DNA of 6,385 nucleotides from a virus (Duplodnaviria; Heunggongvirae; Uroviricota; Caudoviricetes): IMG/VR virus record IMGVR_UViG_2711768004_000007; one strand, 5' to 3'. Shown piece by piece: positions 5,906 to 6,385 of this stretch (position 1 is its first letter; each line of letters starts with the position of its first letter). The notes under the pieces were generated by a model. It saw only the letters and a program-made list of their open reading frames with translations, ran no database searches and was not told where the DNA came from. The position numbers and the translations under genes were made by a program.

Positions 5906-6069
5906 GCCGTAGCCCCTTCTTGATATTTTTCAAACCAGAACACAACCGGCTCTGCTTCCAGCGATGCCAGCGCAATCCGTGCCAGTTCCATTTGTTCACC
6001 ACGGGTAAGCCCGTTTTCAAGCGGGTTTTTAATGAACAATTCAATACGTTCTTTGGTAATAGTGGTCAT
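5902..6069 (-). CDS. Hypothetical small protein (55 aa: [55 protein letters not shown])
   Basis: Perfect AAGGAG 6 nt upstream of the ATG at 6069; stop overlaps the next start. Not in the ORF track (under 60 aa). More plausible than the out-of-frame 63-aa ORF 5853..6044. Confidence 0.6.
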   Translation of the reverse strand: MTTITKERIELFIKNPLENGLTRGEQMELARIALASLEAEPVVFWFEKYQEGATA

Positions 6070-6079
6070 GTGTTACTCC

Positions 6080-6385
6080 TTAACCCGCAGTGCTTTCAAC
6101 TGATGAGGGGAACAAAATCTTTTCATCAAACCCTGCATTCATATCATGAACAGCAACACACCAATCCATCGACGAACGATTATCAAGAGCCTCCATGATT
6201 TCATCCATGCGGCGTAGGTCATACAGGTAAATGCTTTTATCGCCAATGGTGTAAAAGCCAATTTTTTTCGGTGATGGATGAGGTGTACTGGCAATAGCGG
6301 ACACTACCATTTGTTCTTTTTTTAAGCAGCCATCTGATGATATTTTTCCCTGAAGGCTGCCGGGGAGATATTCCCCAGACGAGAG
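6080..6385 (-). CDS. Hypothetical protein, frame open to the right window edge (5' end outside the window, or start at ATG 6310)
   Basis: ORF track gives 76 aa from ATG 6310, but the frame has no stop through to 6385. The N-terminal part lies within the terminal inverted repeat; unique C-terminal tail ...KKIGFYTIGDKSIYLYDLRRMDEIMEALDNRSSMDWCVAVHDMNAGFDEKILFPSSVESTAG. Confidence 0.5.
   Translation of the reverse strand, partial: LSSGEYLPGSLQGKISSDGCLKKEQMVVSAIASTPHPSPKKIGFYTIGDKSIYLYDLRRMDEIMEALDNRSSMDWCVAVHDMNAGFDEKILFPSSVESTAG
6279..6385. repeat. Right arm of the 107-bp perfect terminal inverted repeat (partner 1..107)
   Basis: Exact reverse complement of 1..107. Confidence 0.9.

Noticed and set aside
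5853-6198. ORFs 5853..6044 (-) and 5920..6198 (+)
   Set aside because: Out of frame with, or antisense to, the 55-aa ORF (5902..6069) that has a perfect AAGGAG and stop/start coupling; basic low-complexity translations.
1-6385. Terminal inverted repeats as ends of an IS element or transposon
   Set aside because: There is no transposase or recombinase ORF in the window and the content is a contiguous lambdoid late-regulatory region; the repeats sit inside coding sequence rather than flanking it.
1-6385. CRISPR arrays, rRNA genes, integrase or attachment sites
   Set aside because: No direct-repeat/spacer periodicity, no rRNA-like sequence and no integrase ORF are present; none is claimed.

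Overview
This window reads as the nin–Q–late 'moron' region of a lambdoid (Stx-phage-like) prophage, with every supported gene on the minus strand. No CRISPR array, transposase/IS element or toxin gene is visible, and nothing here can be confirmed as a previously undescribed system from sequence alone. Reading right to left: a partial gene entering from the right edge; a translationally coupled trio of small ORFs (55 aa, 114 aa, 27 aa hydrophobic peptide); an 81-N assembly gap; a strong UUCG-loop terminator and promoter; a possibly frameshifted ORF; a DUF968-like protein; RusA Holliday-junction resolvase; a Q-like antiterminator with four CxxCxGxG repeats; a pR'-like late promoter with tR'; a 65-aa winged-helix protein; a DPPY-motif N6-adenine methyltransferase; three tRNAs (Ile2-CAU, Arg-UCG, Arg-UCU); and a terminator. 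The first and last 107 bp are perfect inverted repeats lying inside coding sequence. The candidates most worth follow-up are those terminal repeats, the winged-helix protein plus methyltransferase cassette, and the coupled small-ORF trio. All protein family calls rest on motifs and recalled similarity; no database search was run.
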